From assembly GCF_009914755.1 (NCBI RefSeq), contig NC_060934.1: a stretch of DNA of 64,000 bases. One strand, 5' to 3'. Origin of the DNA: the human T2T-CHM13v2.0 reference genome, Homo sapiens. This document shows positions 56,915 through 64,000 of this stretch, piece by piece; the stretch's first letter is position 1; each line of letters opens with the position of its first letter. The notes beneath the pieces are model-generated. The model saw only the letters and a program-made list of their open reading frames with translations, searched no databases and was not told the DNA's origin. A program made the position numbers and the translations under genes.

Positions 56915-57232
56915 AGGGGGAGGGAGGGAGACAGAGAGAGAGACAGACAGAAAGACAGACAGAGTCTCACTATGTCACCCAGGCTGGACTGTAATGGCAT
57001 GGTCTCGGCTCACTGCAACCTCCGCCTCCCAGGTTCAAGCAATTCACCTGCCTTAGCCTCCTGAGTAGCTGGGACTATAGGCGCGTGCTACCAATCCCAG
57101 CTGATTTTTGTATTTTTAGTAGAGACAGCGTTTTACTATGTTGGCCAGGCTGGTCTTGAACTCCTGACCTCGTGATCCGCCTGCCTTGGCCTCCCAAAGT
57201 GCTAGGATTACAGGCGTGAGCCACCACGCCCA
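56878..57232 (-). mobile_element. Alu (AluS-like) whose tail region is replaced by (TG)16 plus AG/GACA repeats
   Basis: (tg)n 56878-56910, GA-rich 56911-56963, reverse Alu body to ~57232. Confidence 0.93.
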
Positions 57233-57510
57233 ATCTTAAGTAGTATTTTTTAAACTGGTCTTTAAAATTCCCTGCATTAAAATTTTAAAAGATTCTCTCA
57301 ACGTTTCCCAGTAGGCCTTTTCATCACAGACTATCACCAACTAAAAAGACAATGGGCTGAAGTCAAAGCAAAACTAAGACCTCTCCTGGCTAAGTAGCAC
57401 AGTGTTTTTTTTGTTTGTTTGTTTTTTAATGGTATGCTAGATAAACCAGATGCTTCTGGATCATATTGAAATATCATACAAAATAAAAACCCTTCATTGG
57501 CTTACAGGGT

Positions 57511-57640
57511 AGGCAGCTCTCAACATACAATTGGGCTGTATTTCAAAAGTAAAGCTCTAAGCTCATTATTTGGAACTCAGAATGCATTTTCCTGAAAATT
57601 CAATGTTATAAATAGAAGCTGGTTTTCTGAACTAGTCTGC
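57511..57640. mobile_element. Old Tigger-family DNA transposon end
   Basis: ggcagctctcaacatacaattggg...tttggaactcagaatgcattttcc...caatgttataaat resembles recalled old Tigger termini. Confidence 0.5.
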
Positions 57641-58239
57641 AAAATTCTATATGGCCCACAATGTAAATGAAATACTATGCATGTGGATCAATGCAGAAAA
57701 TACTAGAAAATATTCCTTTCCAATACACAGTCTACTAGCAACAGTAGATATTAAACCAAACAAAACACGAATGGGAATTTATATAAGAAACATGTACTTC
57801 TCTTGAAGCCTGATGCTTCAAGCAAAACATGGTTTGGGCTGTTTTTGTAAAGAAAAAATACCAAATAAGATAATTTAACAGTAAACTTTGGGGATGTTTC
57901 TTCATGTTTTGTTTCTGTTAGCTCAATTTTCTGTTTTAATACATTTCATTTTTAATAAAACACTCCTGGTTTTAATACTCTTTTTTTGTTGCTAGTTGAT
58001 AATTTGAACATGTCTATGGAGTTTTCAAGAGCTCTGGGGACTAAGAACACTACATTCACAAGTCTCACTTTGCTTCAAAAATAATGTGGCTCTGAAATCC
58101 TTTGATAGGGAAGTGTCACAGTACTAGCCATATGCTTTGCAACTATAATGAGGGGAGATTTTTGGCTCACAAAGAGAATGAGTAAAAAGGAAATTAGAAG
58201 AGACCGAAGATCAAAAAAGGAAAGAAGGAAAGGTATGTA

Positions 58240-58436
58240 TAGTTATGAGCCGCATAACGACACTGCAGTCAAGGACACAGCCTATACACGACGGTGGTGC
58301 CATAAGATTATAGGTGTGGGGCAGGCAACACCACCTAGGGTCATGTGAGTACACTCTGTAATGTTCACACAACAACGTAATCGCCTAACAACACATTTCT
58401 CAGAACATATCCCTATCATTAAGCAACACATGACTA
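58240..58436. mobile_element. Tigger3/MER7-like MITE, internally deleted
   Basis: Termini agttatgagccgcataacgac ... tcattaagcaacacatgact; internal acgacggtggtgccataagattat and tcgcctaacaacacatttctcagaac. Confidence 0.85.
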
Positions 58437-59051
58437 TGCATAAATGAAAAAAACAAAAACAAACAAACAAAAAACAACAAAACTGTCAGAAGCAAAAACC
58501 AAGCTATGAAAGAAAGAAGGAAAAGGAGCACTTCTCCCCACTAAGTCCTCTCCACAGAGTCAAGACAGCAAACCCTGTAGGGTAATGCAGCTGAGGCTAT
58601 GGACACCGGGTTTATTGCGGGCGTGCCCACTGGAGAGGCCATGCACACTCAGAGGACACCACGGATGCAGGATACAGACGGTCTGCGACTTGCCAAGTTC
58701 CAGGTGCAGGCAATGGGGCAGTGGAGCTTGGAAGACTTTGTGCAATCACTTTTTTACCAACCGTTTTTTGCTAGCAAAAAATATGAATGTCTTTCTGATT
58801 TCTAGTCTGCATATTTGTTTATTTGCAGAATCTCAGTGAAAATGAATGACTATGACCTGTTAGTTCACAAGCTGACCATGATTACAGAAAGCCAGGCTGG
58901 GCCAGCCACTAGAAGCAGAGCACCTCATCTGGACATTATGGGACCTCAGCATGATGCATACATAAATTAGAGCCCCAGGCTACCATGACCTATTGTGTTT
59001 CTTAGTGCTTCCATTAATTGCAGTCTTAATAATCATACCACATGTAATTTA

Positions 59052-59480
<429 letters not shown>

Positions 59481-60729
59481 TTATTCACCCTCTTACTCGG
59501 CAATTCTTTATTGCATACGTACAGGGCATCAAAATCGATTCCAGGGGCTAATAGTGCAATTAATAATAGTAATTTCAAAAATTTTGTCTCACCCATATCG
59601 TCTGCATTTTCCATAATATGTTATTTACATAATTTTAAAGCTAATTTAGTAAAAACTTATATATTTCTCCATAGTATTCAAAAACAGTTCACCACACACC
59701 CTAGAAATATTTAAAAATACTGTAGCCTTTTCACATATTACAACCAGTTGATATGAATCATTACAAACACTTGATTATCTCTTTGCACTAAAAATTCCTG
59801 CTATGGACAGTAACGTAATTCTAGCTTTTTTTAAAAAACGGCAAATGTAAGTGTGACACTAGAAACTATAATTTGATTGCAATTATAGTCACAGCTGCAG
59901 TGAGCACAAAGTTCCTGGAATAAATTGGCTCAGAGAAGAAAGAGCAGAGAAGCAGTCATCATATTGGCATCATCCCATCGGGCATCCAGTAACTACTGGC
60001 TATGATGTAAATGCCTTTCCCTTCACTGAGTACCCAAGAGACACTGTGGTAAATCCTCATGTTTCTTAGTGAAAAGCCAGGGAAAGCGAACATATATTAT
60101 ATACATATAATTCACACACCCACGTCCACACATATATATATACCTTTACATATATTTATATATACACACACATATATCAGTCTAAAATATTATAGAAATA
60201 GCTAATTCAACATACTATTGACTGCCTTTGGCAATAAACCATTATAGAAAGAAATGTGAATAAATAACAATGCAGAGAAAGAAGTGGGAAGAAAGACCTG
60301 GTAAGCCTAAACTACTAGTCTCTTCTGGGTGGAGAGAGTACACCTGATGAATTTTTAAAAAGAGCTGGCACTTATTAATGACTTGCTCTGGTCAGCCACT
60401 GCTCCGAGGAGTTTGCCTAAACCGTTTCACTGAATCCTCAGAATCACACTCCTAGGGTAGGTCGCTGGAAGGTGGCAGCCTGATGCCTGGCACTGCGATA
60501 AACAAGACTGCCCACCTGGGTCCTGCCACATGGGCCACATGGAGCTCCGAGGCTGTGCGAGTCATTAGGGGCATTGTAAGAGAACACAGGATGCTGGGAG
60601 GCAAAGGGGTACAACCAGATCTAGGGGGCCCTCTCAAAGAAATGTCATTTATGTTAAGACTTGAAGAAAAGGTTACTGAGAAGACAGTTTTCACTATTAA
60701 TTGCCTGAATTTTCTGATTTACTTGGAAA

Positions 60730-60731
<2 letters not shown>

Positions 60732-60761
<30 letters not shown>
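60732..60761. repeat. (AC)15 microsatellite
   Basis: Directly visible. Confidence 0.97.
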
Positions 60762-60764
<3 letters not shown>

Positions 60765-63644
60765 GTCTAGGACTCTCCTCCAAGAATATTTTTCTAGCGA
60801 AATGCAGAGACGCTGTTGTTCTTTCATGAAGTAGACAGGCCCATTACCACTAAGAAACACAAAAAATGTCTGGACTAGCACCCACTGAGAGGAATAAATT
60901 ATTAAAATAACTAATAATATAATATTTGTTAATGTGAAATAATTTGTTTTTGGCAACCAATGTTTCAGTCTAAGTCAAAGCTATTAGACAAATATGCAGC
61001 TATATTTTACATATAGCCCCTAACAACAAAAACAATATAAGGTATATCATAACCTGAAGCACTGGTTCTTCCTCCAAAGACTCTTTGTAATTCTTATCCT
61101 ACTACAGAAAAAGACCGATGTACAATAGGCAGTTATTGTTAAATGAAAAAAAGGAGGCCAGCTATCTAACACATTTAATGCCGCTACATCATGAATAATA
61201 TATCAGCATCAGCATCCTGAAAACAAGGTTCCCTCTGGCTGCCCTGACAGCTCTGGGTCGGGGGGACAGTGTGGGGGGGGATTGTTGGAGGCGGATGAGA
61301 TTAAAAAACAGAATCCAATGCACTGTCCTTGAACAATGAACTATTCACACCTTCATAACCACTTCCAAAGAATTAAAAAAATGGATAAAGAGATTTGTCT
61401 ATAGTGATTTAATCTGGATAACACGCCCACTTCAGTTTCTGATATGTGCATATTTCTTGCTAATGCTGATTTTTAAATTACAATACTTGAATGTCACAGG
61501 TGTACTTGTGAATATATACAGGGATAGGGAAAACCCAGCCAGATCTGTGGGGCATCTGCACACAAAGGGCATGGGAGCTGGTGAAGGGTCAGAGAAAAGA
61601 GAAATGAATATTTACGTCCAGAGGAGATGGATGCAGAGATCAATTCCAGAAGGGCCTATTAAGAAGGGGTGGAGAAGCACAAACGCCTGGACAACCAGAC
61701 AGACGCAGAGAAAAAGACCAACAGATACAAATCTGATAACTCACATGAGTCACACCAACCGTAATTTAGGATGTCCTTCTTCAAAATACTGCCAAACTCA
61801 AGACAGTTAATACCCAGCCCTCAACGTCCTAAAAAGGTGAGCAGCAGGTTAACATGTCATTCTCCAACAAGCAGCAATATGAAAGCTTTCCAGAAAATGA
61901 GTGAGTTCCTGAGAAGCCTTCTAGTATTAACAGAGCTTCACTTCTAGGTAAGGAAACGGAGATCCAGTGATCTCTCTCATTCCTGCAGCCTCATTTCCTG
62001 TCTCCCTGTCCAGGGCCACTTCCTGGACAGGTGAGTGCTCTGAACACACTTGGGGTCTATCTGCCTTGCTATTTGATAACCTCTAGCCAGAATGCCCTAC
62101 AAAGCCCCTGATCCCCATGGTTATGACTTCTACCTAATTCAGGCATCACCTCCTCCAGGAAGTCTTTCCCATTACTTCCTGCCAAGGATGGTTTGGGTTC
62201 CTTCCCTTACATCACAAAATACTCCATATACATCTCTAAGCTGTCTTATAATTATGCTTATCTCTGTGATCCTCCAACTAAACTGATTCCTTACAGGAAG
62301 GAACTGGGTTTTATTCATTTTTGTATGCGCAGGACTCAGTGCAGGAAAATGCAATAAATATGTATGCATGAATTAATTAAAATGACCACAACAGTCAAAG
62401 GTAGACCTAGAACTAGAACCAGGTGCTCTGGCCCTGGCCCGGGGTCTTGCATCAAGCCCAGGGTATATTAAACTCAAAGTAGCATGAGACAACCAGAAAG
62501 ACAGTTTAAAAAGAATAAAAATTATTCTAATACAATTTAAACATACACCACACACAATTCCAAAACAACCATAACTTCCTGTTCTGCTCCTGCAGCCCCT
62601 CAACACCAGGCTCTTCTGAGGAAAAAAAATAAAAAATAAAAAAAATAAAAATCCCACTATTCATGTAATTGTGGACTATTACATAATAGGAAGATAGAAA
62701 GCACTATTCCCAACACAGCCAATAATAAACTAGACCCTTAACAAAATGACTGACAGTCCTTATAATTTTAGCCTAGAGAGAATAAAAAGGGATACTATTT
62801 TTATTCATACCACTATTTAATCCTTTTTCTTCAGTAATACACTGGATGGCACTCATTTCTATGGTTAATTATACGGTCCCTCAAACAGAATAGGTTTTTC
62901 TTTAGCTTTGTTTTACTGAATTCACAGAGCCATCCCAGAGGAATATTACAGCCAAATAAAAAGTCATTTTGCAAATGAAAGCTCAACTTACTTAACTTAC
63001 TTTCTTCAGCAATGTGTGTGTGTTTTTTTAACCCCATTGTCTTGGTTATACACAGAACCTTTGCTTTTCTTCTGCTGCTTTCTCCTATTTCTAATTTGGT
63101 GTCATATCTATTTCATGCAGACTAACAACCAAACATTTAGCCACAGGGACACAAACTGATCATCTTGGACTTCCAGCAACCAGCAGACACTGTCTTGTGC
63201 ATGGTGGGTATTCACAAAGCATTAACTAGCCTTCATATCAACACTGTTCTTCTCTAATAATAACCCCTTTTGGCTTGTATCATGTTCTTTTGGTGAATTC
63301 TCCCTCCAAAAACACTCTTTCCGTATATACCAGACACTGTGACTCCTAAGAACCATGCTGTGGTGATCAGAGAAGAGACAAGAGACAAGACACTTGGGAG
63401 CAAAAAAAAAAAAAAAAAAAAAAAGAAGACCAGACCAGCTGTTTCTCCTACTCAAAGTTAATTCCAGCCATCCAGTTACACATTCAGCAAATACTTATTG
63501 TACATCTACTTTATGCCAGTCACTATGTTAGGTGTAGTTCTTTAACTCTTAGCTTTAGCTGACAATAGGTAGAAATGTTATATTCTTTATAGCACTGAAA
63601 ATATATTTGAACCACTAACGAATTTTGTTTTACTAAGAAATTTC

Positions 63645-63982
<338 letters not shown>

Positions 63983-64000
63983 CTATATTTTTCATGGACA

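Overview
Primate (human-like) non-coding genomic DNA. It carries about 20 Alu copies (AluJ/AluS-like), old L1, L2 and MIR fragments, ERV1 (MER4-like) and MaLR (MLT1) solo LTRs, hAT/Tigger DNA-transposon fossils and several microsatellites. I found no convincing protein-coding exon, RNA gene or CpG island, and I could not identify the host gene. A-runs exceed T-runs on the + strand, most clearly readable L1/MaLR copies lie on +, and the best splice-site pairs are on the minus strand, so this is probably one large intron of a minus-strand gene (inference). Most notable structures: (1) a 195-bp, ~96% identical inverted copy of unique sequence (44973-45167) inserted inside an Alu 3.3 kb away (48474-48668), with a minus-strand exon-like segment between the arms; (2) a perfect 25-bp-arm hairpin inside a template-switch-like scar at 31570-31710; (3) an exact 19-mer with a TACGTG core repeated 18.7 kb apart; (4) several strong candidate micro or poison exons. 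Repeat subfamily names come from recalled consensus sequences and their boundaries are approximate.
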